A stretch of 64,000 nucleotides of DNA from the NCBI GenBank assembly GCA_963924565.1, contig OZ004607.1, forward strand, positions 30,194,001 through 30,258,000. Direction: 5' to 3'. Below are positions 35,868 to 47,783 of this stretch, one piece after another. The translations under genes and the position numbers were made by a program. Position 1 is the stretch's first letter, and every line of letters starts with the position of its first letter. The notes under the pieces are model-generated. The model was given only the letters and a program-made list of their open reading frames with translations, was not told the DNA's origin and made no database searches. Origin of the DNA: Ascidiella aspersa (Eukaryota).

Positions 35868-36599
35868 ATGTTGAGGTATTATAAACATTTAGTAAAAAGT
35901 TATATTGAATTACGAGGGTTTCATGTTTGTATTGTGAAAATGAATACCACTCAATCTGACCAATACCTCTCTGAAGACCAGTTAGAGAGCATGAATCCAT
36001 TCATACTCTTTGACAACTGGTATACCACTGCATGCAACAACAAAAATATCCCAATGCCTAATGCTATGAGCCTGTCTACAGTTAACCAGCAAGGTCATCC
36101 AACTGCACGAATGGTAATTTTAGGTGGTTATGGAGAATCTGGGTTCAAGTTTTACACCAATTATAACAGTGACAAAGCTAAGGACCTGGAAAAGACACCT
36201 TCCGCTGCCCTGATTTTATATTGGGCCGATTTGTTCCGTTCTGTGCGAATAGAAGGAGGGGTTGAGAAGCTTACTGCCGCCGAAAATTCAGAATATTTTA
36301 GCAAGATGTCGAAACCAGCTCAAATTGTGGCTGTGACAAGTGAAAATCAAAGTAGCTATGTGGAAAATGTTGAGGCACTAAACAAGATGGCTAAAGAAAC
36401 AGAACAAAGGTACAACAGTGAAGAGATTCCTTGTCCAAAATATTGGGGTGGATACAAAGTCATAGCAACCAAATTTGAATTTTGGACTGGTTCTGCAGAT
36501 ATAATGAGTGAACGTATTGTGTTTACTAAAGATGGTTTCAAAGACAAAGAAAAATGGAAACAAGCCAAGGATGGATGGTTTTACCAACACTTAATTTAA
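35868..36599 (+). CDS. PNPO-like paralog 4 (intronless, most divergent); alternative start at 35940
   Basis: Contains PNAMSLST, PTARMVILG, FYTNYNSDK, RSVRIEG, WGGY, EFWTGSADIMSER and GWFYQHLI. Confidence 0.9.
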   Translation: MLRYYKHLVKSYIELRGFHVCIVKMNTTQSDQYLSEDQLESMNPFILFDNWYTTACNNKNIPMPNAMSLSTVNQQGHPTARMVILGGYGESGFKFYTNYNSDKAKDLEKTPSAALILYWADLFRSVRIEGGVEKLTAAENSEYFSKMSKPAQIVAVTSENQSSYVENVEALNKMAKETEQRYNSEEIPCPKYWGGYKVIATKFEFWTGSADIMSERIVFTKDGFKDKEKWKQAKDGWFYQHLI

Positions 36600-37750
36600 G
36601 CATGCATACATGTTTATTCTCAACCTATTGGTCGCAACTAAATTTGAGTCTTTCAATGAATTCACTGGCTAAATGTAGTTCACATCCATGGTTAGATTTA
36701 TCAAGATTGGTTCTGAGAAAGATTCTCCTAAATTTTTGGAAAATTGCAATAATAAGACCGGACCCATATTTGTTAAAATTTTCATGATAAATGCTATGGT
36801 CTTATCTCTTTGTTCAGTGAACATAATTCGGTAGCCACAGCTTCATTGTTAAACTTGCATGAAGTATTTGGTCGCCACGAAAAATCGGTTGAGAAACACT
36901 GCTATAGATTGTCATTACTAACCCTACTACCAGCTACTATTATTTAGGTAAAAGTTCAACGACTGCACTTTTTTCAAAATACATCAAGCTTCACCTAATT
37001 TAAGTAGCCTTAGCATCTTGCTTCAAATTGAATAATTCAACTCACTGTCATCCATACATTTGCAAATTGCAACACATGGATTGTAACAAATTACCCTGCA
37101 GCAACATTGCACTGTATTTACAGGAAATTTATTTTTGCTGCTAAATTCGCATGCTCTGGCAATGATGCAAGATAAAAGTGAAACGCACAAACTCACTAAC
37201 ATCTTAAAATAACATATGTACAAAGAATTTACAGCGATTTTAGCGCAATTCATTATCTCCTTAACAGAAGAACTGTTAATAAACATATTATAAAGCAGGT
37301 TGTTTAAAAAGAACAATATTTCAGTTAAGTCCGATAAAATATATATTCACTTTTCTTGTGAAACAACACAAGATAAGGACAATCCTTTATAATAGCAAAA
37401 CAAGGCAATTTTCTATTTGTGTAACCAAATGTCTGCCTTTTTACAAAAAAGAGGAAATTTACTATAGCTACATAGAAACAAGGCAGTTCTGTGAGGATTG
37501 TGGTTTATGCATTCAGATAAAAAGTAGTTGCATGATCATGATTACTACGCTCGTATTAGGCGCCTCTTTTATCAATAAGGCTATTTGTATAAAGAGTTTG
37601 TATTGCAATGACCGAAAGTAGTTAATCCAAAGCTTGAATTTGCCACTGGCCAACATGTCCCCTCATATGAAATTCGCTCATTGTGAATGAAGGGGTGATT
37701 GGATTGGCGTTTATTGACTGAATGTGGGCAGTAGCGCTTTAATTGGCATT

Positions 37751-40700
37751 TCAGGTCTGAGTGAGCTGTTCCAGTAAAGCCTCGGTTGTTGCCGTTTCCC
37801 CTTCACCAGTTGCAGCAGTCGTGGTAAGGACCTTAGTAAAAACAAAAACAGCATTTTAGAATTGCTATCTTGCCTTTTATGAGCATGCTTAAGCACACGA
37901 AAGTTACAAAAAAGGCAAAAACCTTATATATATATATTTCACCTGTGAGGTAGAATCTGTGCCGTCTTCTGTGCTTGTCATGTAAACATTGCCATCTTCT
38001 CCCTAGCAAAGCAAAAAATCAGATTGAATATTGGATTTTTGCTAGACATAAATGAACAAAAAGCATTCAAAATTTTACAACCAGGTGCTGACCAAAATTG
38101 TTTTACCTCGTTAAATGCAAAAACAACACTGACAGTACCAAACCTTGAGTATTTAATCTACCTGAACAAATGTTGCTCCGGGCTGTCCGATGATGTACCC
38201 GTCATCGGTTTGTATCAGTGTGTAACCCTCGGGCAACTCAACGTACTGCCCGTCGCCAATGGCAACCAGCTGCTTGCCTTCCTCGGCCTCCAAAACTGTG
38301 GTTCCATCGTCGGCGACCACTTGGGCAGCTGCCTCGCCGCCGTCAACCGCTTGTTGGGTGGCCAACATTTCTTGATTGAGGTCGAGAACTGACGTGGTGG
38401 CAGCAGCGTCTGCACCCTGTGAAACTGTGGAGAGACAGGTTGTTCATGAAAAGGTTATGTTTATGCGACTTGTATAATATTTTCCGGCAGTTAGGTAATT
38501 TTTTTCAAGAAATAATCGACTAAATCCCTAATAAGCAGTTATTTAGCGTCTGCACCCTGTGAAACTGTGGAGAAGCAGGTTGTTACTGAAATGGGTATGC
38601 TTTGCCTGCGCGACTTGGGCGATGTTTTTCGACAGTTTTGTTAAAAGTAATCTATAGGTAATACACCGAATGCCGCCCGATCAGCACAAAGTGTAAATAA
38701 AGACCTTATAGGCAATGATTTCTTTTAAATAGAAACCTTTTCTAAAAAACTTCACTAGTCCTTGACTAGAAAACGAGAGGGATAAGTAAAGCGGCTCCAG
38801 GTCGTTTGCTAAAGCCAGACGGCAAGGTAAGGGGCCTAACAGCCCAGATAAATCAACTATTAGGGAGAAAATTCATGTTGCACGGCTATTAGATCATGAT
38901 CAACAACAGGCTTTATACACTTACCGGCCATAATGTGTTCCGTTGTTGTGGTGGGGGTTGAAGAGTCGGCGATCGGAGCAGCCGCTTGGTTCGTATCCTT
39001 GGCCATCTGCGACTGGTACCTGCCCACCAACTGCATCCGGGCGTGTTCCTGAAGGGTGCTGTGGGAAATTCCCTTGTTGGAACCCAGAAGGTAGCTGGGT
39101 TTTCTAACCTGGTATGGCTTGTTCCAGTTGTTGGCTTGGGTTCTGCAAAGTGAACTTGTTAAAAGTTAAGAAAATTAAACTGTGACCTGAAGGTCTCCAC
39201 AAGGCGGAATAAGACAAGAGTAAGATATATTTCAAATAAACTTCACTCCAATTTGGGTCTTAGATGTGATTTTAGGCTTTAATATTACCACATTTTGGGC
39301 AACTGTTTTGATTTAATAGACCACGAAAATACAAAACAGTTTATTTTGTGTTTAACCATACAAAAAAGACTGTATCCAAGAAACTAAGGAACTTTATGCT
39401 TGCACATTAATCAGAGAATTTTCATTTACTGCAAAACTTTTCACATCATACAATTTGATTGAAATGACAATCGGACGGAGCATATTGATTGGTTAATAAC
39501 ATACCCCTGCAGTCGAGACCCAGTGTAGGATTTATGGTTGAAGCTTGGTTGGTCAGGTGTGGTACTGTCAGGTTCTGGATGCCTTGTATATCGAGTAGAA
39601 GTTGGCCCCCTTCTCTTGTTTCTCATTTGACCTAGTGATTGAAAACAGCAATATTAGGCATTATTAAATGCAACAAAAATAACACCAAAAACCAGGGCTG
39701 CGGAGTCAGACTTTGGACTCAACTAGATAGATATATATAACACCCCCAAATACCCCATGAGTGATTGCTGAATATTCACCTTATTTTAGTTATGTTAATG
39801 GGTTATGTAAAGGCTGTAAATCGGAGTCGAACTCGGTTTCCCAGCCTAAAATACTTAACAAATGTCAAGAAACACAAGCATCTCCTGCAGAAACATTCAA
39901 TTATTATGATATATTTTTAGACAAGCAATTCAGCAGTTAATAAAAAAGTAGTCCTGTTTCAAAATCTTCAGATAACTTATATAAACTTACAAGCCGAAGT
40001 TTTACAATCAGAAAGAAACACAACTTTATAAATGTAGACAGTTGACAAAACTACCTTTGTCAGCAAGATCAGGAAGGCGGAGTCTGTGTCGAGGTTGTTC
40101 CATTTTGCAGTTCATCCTGAAGGAATTGGCGGCGATCATTTGCGCGGTGCTCTTTTGCTGGATGCCGCCTATGTGGGCATCAATACTGCTGCTGTTGATA
40201 TCTATGCTCTCGGCAGCCTGAGGAAAAAAATGGTTTTGTATTGATAACACTAAAACCGAAGAAATTGATGCCAAAAAATATTTTTAGCATTTTTTTAAAT
40301 CCATTTCACAAAAAAAACATGTGCTTGTTTTCACGCTTGTCATATATTAAAGCACGAATATGTAGTAACGTTTGCACTACAATTGGCGGGAGTTCATTTT
40401 GTTGCATGCCATTTTAAAAATTTACAAAGTGCTTGTGACTTCTCAAAAACAATGTAATATCAGTGCCCACTATATCCTTGTCAGGTCAAATTTCCCAATT
40501 AAAAAGTTGACACACATAGAAAGGGGGGCCCAACCTTTTTATTGTAGACCGGCATGAGGATGACTTTGTCCATTCTGCGTTCACCCCCAACTTTGTTGGC
40601 CCTCCTCAGCAAGGTGTTATAGCGAACTGATTCCTTTTCAATGGCGCTGTGAAGGAACTCCAGTTGTTTGTACAAGGAAGCAAATTTTACCTTCTCTGTT

Positions 40701-43700
40701 GACATCTGATCAGCCTGATTAAAAAGTTTAAAATTATGATCAAATCCAACATTGAATAACTGTGAAACTGTGAAAAATTCACGCTCCACTTTGATTAAAC
40801 CACAATCTAGGTAAGCTCAGTCGGCTTACCATTAAGTAAAAATAACAGATTAAGCATCTTGTTATTTTACTACCTTTTTAACAGCAGTCACTCTCCATTT
40901 ATTTTTAAAAGGTTATAAAGTTCTATCAATCACATTCAGTAGAATAGAAGAGTTGGAGAAAAACAACTTGCAATGTTTTTAATCTAAATTAATTCATTAA
41001 AACAACTGAACAGCAAAACAATTTGCTATTGAGGTTGTCAGAATTGTGACACCAATTTGGTGCAGGGCAGATATGTCTAAAAAGTGAATGATTTTTAGAT
41101 TTTACCTTTAACCTAGTTATTTATTATAATACAAAGTGACACAAAAGTTTAATTAGATTCTTTTCACCAACCTTGTGAAGAAAGAAATCACCAATTGATA
41201 TAGACTCAAGGGCCTTGGGAATAGCAACACTTCTTATTTCTTCAATGGTGCACTGCTGCAGCAACTTTCTTAAGCGATATTTGTTGTCAACGTCACCTTC
41301 TTCTTCCACCTATTCAAAAACCATTAGTGCATTGTACATTTTGCAATCAATAAAAATAGTAAATGGTATATAAACAAAAAGTGTTTATGTCATTTTTAAA
41401 TTTCCACCGCCATAAACACAGTTAAAAGTAAACTAATCAATTTGCTAAATCAAATACAATTAATGGCAATAGATTTCTATTTTCTATGTATGGAAAAATA
41501 AAAAAAAATATAGGTTTTAGTTTCAAAATACACTTTTCAAATAACAGCGCCTTCAATTAAGTTTACCTTATTCAGCGAGTTTGAAAACCAACTACCATTA
41601 AACAAAGCAAAATAAATCACAACTCACAAAATCAGTCAGGGTAGGTTTGGGCTCTGCTTCCTTCTTTTCAGTAGCTTCGCCATCCTGAATGTTTGATGCC
41701 AAGTCTAGCTTTCTTGCAAGAATATCTGAAGGCGTTTCTCCATCCGATGAAATTTTACGAACCTCTTCAGGTTTTTTAAACTCTGCCTGCTCCTGAGATT
41801 TGACTTCCGTATCTTCTGGCTTTTTTAAATCAACGTCTTTGTCTTCTGACTTTTCATCATTTGTTGCATCCACATCTGGTTTTGCATCCTCTTTTTTCTC
41901 ACTGGCAGTGTCATCAGTTTCCATTTTTTCCGCACTGTCATCTTTCGGTTCTTTGGTCGGCTCATTCAAAGCCTCATCTGTTTGTGGTTTTGAGGTATCT
42001 TCAGTAGTCTTTGATTCGGTAGCGTCAATTTCCATTTTCTCACCTTCTTTCTCTTCGGGCTTTTTCTCTGCTTGTTCTGGATCAGTTTTATCTGCTTCAG
42101 TGGTTTCTGCATCTCCACCTGAAACTGTTTCACCGACGTCAGTGACTTTGCTCTCAGAAGATTGTTCATCCTTTGGCTTATCCGTGACCTCAGGGACTTG
42201 TTCAGTCTTTTCAGCGGAATCTTCTTTTTTCTCATCGTCAGTTTGGAGTCTTATAGTATCAGCGAGTTTCTTATCACCGGGCGATACAAGGACCATTGGG
42301 CCTTTGCTGGGCGGAGGACTTGATACTGGAGTGTCCAAAGACTTTGCTTTTGAATCGCTGCTGTCCACAGATGAAGCATAATCTTCATCACCAGGCTTAG
42401 GCTTTCGAGGTCTACCTCTCTTTCGCTTTTTTCCAGGCATCAACTGCCCGGCACTCATTGGAGTGATCGGTTTAATAATTGGCATAGGTTTTGGTGGGGT
42501 AACTGCATGGGAGGTATCGTAGTCTTCATCAGGAGAAGCATCATCACCGACATTGCGCCTCTTCGTCAAACGAGCAATATCCAAACTATACCTGTAATAT
42601 CACATGGAAAAAAAAGTGTATAAAAAAATATATATATTGAAGTCCTAATTACCAGAACACAATATAATATTTTATATAATTTATAGCCAGCACATTTTTT
42701 GACTAAAACTCAAATTTTTATTTTAAGATGTTACTTACAAACCTTTTTAGCTTTTTGCGGGATAAAAATTTGAAGTACGATAAAAAAATTTGAATACAAA
42801 TTACTGGTTCTCAACCTTTTATGGCTTACGGCACCCCTCAAAAATAATAAATTGATTGTTGGCACCCCACTGGAATTTAGTATTTTACAAAAATGTTACT
42901 ATAGATGGAACTGGAACAATACAATCAACTTAAAAAATGTAGGAAAACGTCATTTGATATATTGGTCTCTAATCGTACACAAATAGTTGTATAAAATCAA
43001 GGAGCTTACCAATTAAGCCAAAATCAAATTCTTAAAAATTCTCAAATACCTATGAGCATTAAAAATGACACACCAAGGGCACCCTGCCACCCCAGTTGAG
43101 AACCACTGCCACAACTTAATAAACAGGCAGTACACAGGAAACAAACCTTGAAGGCTTCCTTATTCTTCCGGATCTTGACTTTCTCTCTTGCATTGCAGCG
43201 GCAAGAAGTTCAGCTTCCTCTCGTTCCCTCCTTTCCTCCTGGAGGCGCTGTTGTTCTGCTGCCAGCCTCTCCTCCTCATCTGTATCTTCCTCAATTTCCC
43301 CGTGGAAGATCCTCTTCATGTACTCCAACGAAGCCCTGTCTTCCGACTCTGATTCGTCGACCGAAACCAAGGGTTCAACAACTTCCGGTTTAATTTCCTC
43401 CTAAAAATATATTAGGTTGAATTTGGAATGACAAATGTCCTTCTTCGAATATGAACAAAGGGCCTTAATTTTGTTTTCAATTCAAAAAAATAAAGGGAAA
43501 AATCAGTGAAAGTAGGTTGAATTATTTTTAGCTTATTAAAAAGTTTGGGAAGCCCTGCTATCAAGTACTATGAATCATCGAAAAAAATTATTTCTACAAT
43601 CAATCTAAAAACCCACATATTTAACAAAATATTAACAAACTTTTCAGCTTTAATACCTCGTTCACATTTTGATTGTCTTCAACCTCCTTTTCTTCCCATT

Positions 43701-46549
43701 CCTTAACCAACTCCTCCAGGCTGTGGTCTTGTGGCGTCTCATACTTAGAGGTGAGCAACAGATTGTAGTCAGGGTGTAGCTCCATGTTACTCAAAATGTC
43801 ATGGCTGACTTGTTTGGTGTGGATTTTTACCTTTTCATAAATGGAAGGTTTAACATCGTCCGTTTTTAAACATATATGTTTTTGTCTGATATTTTTCCAG
43901 TTTTAAAATGTAAGTAAAAGTAACTTTTAAAAAAGCACATTTTTTTAGCAAACTACATACATAAGATTGTACCAACAAATTAAAAAAAATGTTTGCTGAA
44001 GAAAACAGGTAAGAATATGATTTGCCTTGTCATACAACATACAGTAAATTCTTCTTCACAAGTCCAGTAAGTAATATCTAATCACCGTGAAGGTTGCATT
44101 CGGTTTGTTGAGCTTGGCAATAGCATCAGTAAGCATAATTTGAGCAGGTAGAGCAGGTGGCTTCATTCTTCCTAAAAGGCCACTAGAAATAGCCAGGGCA
44201 TCTGGAATAAGCTTTGGACGACCAGGGCCACGCTTCTTCATGCCAACGTTTGGCGAATATCTGGCATACCTTTATTAAAAAAGTTGTTTAGGTATAGAAG
44301 TGTATATTAATGCCTATAATCAGTATATCAGCGAAAAATCAAGAAATATGTGAAAAACAAAATTGTATGTCAATTTATTTTTGTTTTACACACATATGTT
44401 GTTTTAACACATATTGAACCTCGTAATTTTCGAAATCATTGATAGATAGGAAGACTCAGCACTAAAATTTGCAGAAATTGATATTGATTCTATTGTTCCA
44501 TTCAAAAAAGTTACACAACTGTTAAGCATATTGTTTAGTTTGGAAAAAGGCAGTGCTAGGCATAAAGATTGTTTAATGTTTTAAAAAGTACTAAATTTTA
44601 ATCATAGAATTAATACGTTTTGCAACAGGGCGGTTGAATCATTTTTTTAACCATTGAACTTTAAAGACAAGACAAAAAAACGAAGAATTTTGCCCAAAAG
44701 TGCTGGCCACCAGAAGGCTCGCAAGATTTTGCCAGCCTGCCTATTATATAATATTACACCAACAAGAGTCAGACAAACAACAACTTTTTAAAGCACATCA
44801 ATTAGACTTACTTTGAAACGTTTCCCTTTGGTCTGCTTTCATCAGAATAACTCATCCCGAAATCTTCGTCAAAGTTATAGATGGACTCGTCAGCAGTTCC
44901 TTCTTCACTATTTTTCCTTTTTACACCTTGCTGCTTGGACAGGCAGCTGAACAGGTTCTTAGGTGGTTTAGAAAAGCTTTTGCCAGTGGGGATGTGCCGA
45001 AACACCACCTGAAGATACAGACACATATTATTCATGATGAAAATATTACTAGTCCTCTATTATTGCCAATATTATTTAACTCCTGAAAAACTTAAATGGA
45101 AAACTGTCAATGGTAATTGCAGAACCTAAACCAACATAAGTCGCTAACTGTAATGATTTCTGCAAGATTAATCAAAAAAAAGTAGAAAGTTTGTTTAATA
45201 TGATGTACATATCCTTAGCTAATTTATACCTTTATGTTTGGATTAGCCTGTAAGGCTTGTAGTTGATCTTGCGTGATTTGAGACTGGTGGATCTGAACCA
45301 TCTTTGTTCCATCGTTTGCAACCTTGAGGTTTTGGGCTGAGAATGTGAGTCCTGGTACTCCCAGACTGAATGTTCCGGACTGCCAAGCAAAACATAAATG
45401 TTTAAAGCTAATATGTTAAACCTAAATACAGTAAGTAATTATTTTATTTATAACAATAATTTGGTAAGAAAATACTGTATTGTATTTAATAGTGATCGGC
45501 CGATATCACTTTTTTGGGCCGATACCTGAACCGATTTTTTTATATATTGGAAACTGTTAAAACTTGAAATAATTGCAAATAAAATTCAAATAACGGTTTA
45601 GTTTATTATAAACCCTTATTAAATGTTAAACTATTATTTTGCATATTATATTGGCTTGATGTTAAAACCCAAATTTTTGGTAAGTTGTTTATTGTACTGG
45701 AAAAACTATATCATATTTTCGTACTAAAATATCGGCCTACATTTACCGATACCGATATATCTGTAGAAGCTAAATATCGGCCAATATTATCGGTAAACAG
45801 ATATATCGGTCTTTCTCTAGTTAGTCTAGTATTTAATAACTTAAATTGAAACTAGAATATTTTAATTCAAAAAAATTAATAAAATACATATAGAAAGCAA
45901 GGCTTGAAAACGGAATTAGTTTGGTAGCTTTTGGGATTAAGTAGAATATGTTAGAAACACAGGTTTCAATTAAAGTAAAGTATATTAACTTTACCTTAGG
46001 TTTATTGGGTTTTGCCACCTTTTCCTGGCCAGCTATCACAGTTTGGGATTCTGTACCAGTAGTCAGTTGTTCAAGTGGAGCTTCTGTTTGAGGAGGCACA
46101 GCCTCAGCATTGATAGGTGCCATGCTTTCCAAAATCGAAGTGTCAGCCTCCATGGTCGATACGTCAGTAATCATCGAGTTGGGATCAACCTCCAAGCCAG
46201 GGTTTTGCTGGACCTGCAGAGAAGAGGAATCTGGCTCTGTCAGGGAAGGCTCAGTATCAATAGAAGAAGGTTCAGGCACTGCAACAGGCTCAGACTCTGC
46301 CACAAGCTGCTCTATCGATGTCTCCTGAGCTTCGTTGCTGTCTTTGGTCTCCTGTTGATCCTCAACAATGGGAACAGCATCAACTTCCATGACACCCTCC
46401 GGCTGATCCGGAATCAGCTTGCTCACAATGGCCGCTAGGTCATCCTGCTGGACTTCTGCCTCTTGGGCTTGGATGATGTTTTCAATAGACACAGTTGAAT
46501 CAGGGGCACTGGCTTCCTCTGGCTGTTCAACAGTCTCTGGGTTTTCCAT
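37751..46549 (-). CDS. Uncharacterised acidic, AT-hook-containing (probably chromatin-associated) protein, paralog A, ~15 exons
   Basis: Exons approx. 45994-46549, 45230-45380, 44810-45008, 44086-44270 (KKRGPGRPK), 43638-43829, 43147-43400, 41628-42591 (KRKRGRPRKPK), 41172-41309 (RLRKLLQQCTIEEIRSVAIP), 40548-40713, 40055-40218, 39503-39630, 38924-39142, 38161-38425, 37942-38003, 37751-37831 (..EQLTQT*). Some boundaries are approximate. Confidence 0.75.
45490..45819. mobile_element. MITE with tagtgatcggccgata-type ends
   Basis: Inverted ends tagtgatcggccgatatc / gatatatcggtctttctcta with repeated ccgata/tatcgg motifs. Confidence 0.6.
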
Positions 46550-46728
46550 GTTTGCCAAAAGCCTAAACTAACCTAATGTAATGACCTATAATGAAAAATG
46601 TTCTGTTTAGACTACTCTTTTGTCACATCCAAAATCACCTCAGTTTTGCATCAAAATTTGAAAACAGAAATAATGGAATTTAATCTAATTCCATGAGACT
46701 TTAGTCAACTTACTGTATGCCAGGTGTT

Positions 46729-46930
46729 GGCGCTGGTCTAGAATCCACCACAACGTTGAAATGATTATTAAGCAATGCATAATATGTGGGTTAGGGTGTC
46801 GGTTAGTGTTTGGGTGTGGGTAGGTCAAGTAATATTGTTTAACACTATTACTGGACTCACCCAAACCCAAACGCTAACCGGCACCCTAATCCAAATAATG
46901 TTCGTTGTGGTAGGATTCTAGACGAGTGCC
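46729..46930. mobile_element. Merlin-like MITE (GG termini, 8-bp TSD) with internal GGGTTAGGG-like motifs; copies at 56436-56632 and 57083-57258
   Basis: TIRs ggcgctggtctagaatcc / ggattctagacgagtgcc. TSDs are caggtgtt here, atttattt/ctttattt and attttttt in the other copies. Confidence 0.8.
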
Positions 46931-47783
46931 CAGGTGTTTTATCCTAACCTATGCAATATTTGTTAGAAAACTCGCCATTTTCAACAAAAAGTTTAAGTAT
47001 GATATCAGTTTGGCATACTTTCTAGCAAAATTCTTGTTTATTTTTAAGCCCCTATTTACAATAGCTGTTGTCACTACAATAACAAAGTTTTAATCTCCAA
47101 TATAAAAATCTATCTATGGTACAGAAGTGAAGTTTATAATTATGCCTTCACACCGGAAAACACTACTACTTCACTATTATTTAGAAATATCTTTGAGCAT
47201 TAGTAAGCCTGGGTATGAGCTAAGTAACGTTATTTAATAATATTGCTTAACCAATCCAAGCCCAAATAATGTTTGTTGTGGTATGCGGTACACAGCAAAA
47301 AATGGTGGCTCGCTAACAAGTCAATTTGGCCTATTCTATACCATTACGGCTTGTTTTTCCAGATTTGTACTCAATATAAGCCAAAATTTGATTTTGGCTT
47401 GTAGCAAGCCATTTAAACTGGCTTATACACAGCCAAGACATGGCTCATTTTAAGTCACTTTTTCTCATGGTGAGCCAAATTTATTGGCCTATGTAAAGCC
47501 AAACACGACTCAAATTATGTGTGATTTTTTGCTCGTGGTGAGCCAATAGTAATGGCTCATCTACCCCTGAAACTTGGCTTGGGTTAAGCTAATCCTAAAA
47601 ATCCAGTGTTGAGCCACATCTTTAGAACTGTATTCAAGCTGGCCTTCATAGAGAAATGCACAAAATTAGCACCTGCTAACAGTTTATTGGCTGCAACGAA
47701 TAATTACACAGCAAATTAAAAAAAAACACGTAAAATCAATATTAACAAAAGCATGGTATAAATCAGCCAATGAAAATTATTTT

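Noticed and set aside
29021-36599. Horizontal transfer of bacterial pdxH as the origin of the intronless PNPO copies
   Set aside because: The C-terminal insertion ending G-[DE]-DGW.YQRL.P resembles animal PNPO, and base composition matches the host. Retroposition plus tandem duplication is simpler, although a phylogeny is needed to settle it.
41800-42381. 193-aa Ser/Phe-rich plus-strand ORF and similar antisense ORFs (29024-29608, 34991-35419, 19797-20105, 12166-12510)
   Set aside because: They are shadow frames opposite real coding exons, with no independent motifs.
46785-46895. Telomere-like GGGTTAGGG/CCCTAA motifs (also at ~22050-22140, 56470-56570 and 57140-57220)
   Set aside because: These are short degenerate motifs, mostly internal to a MITE family with TIRs and TSDs, and not an interstitial telomere array.
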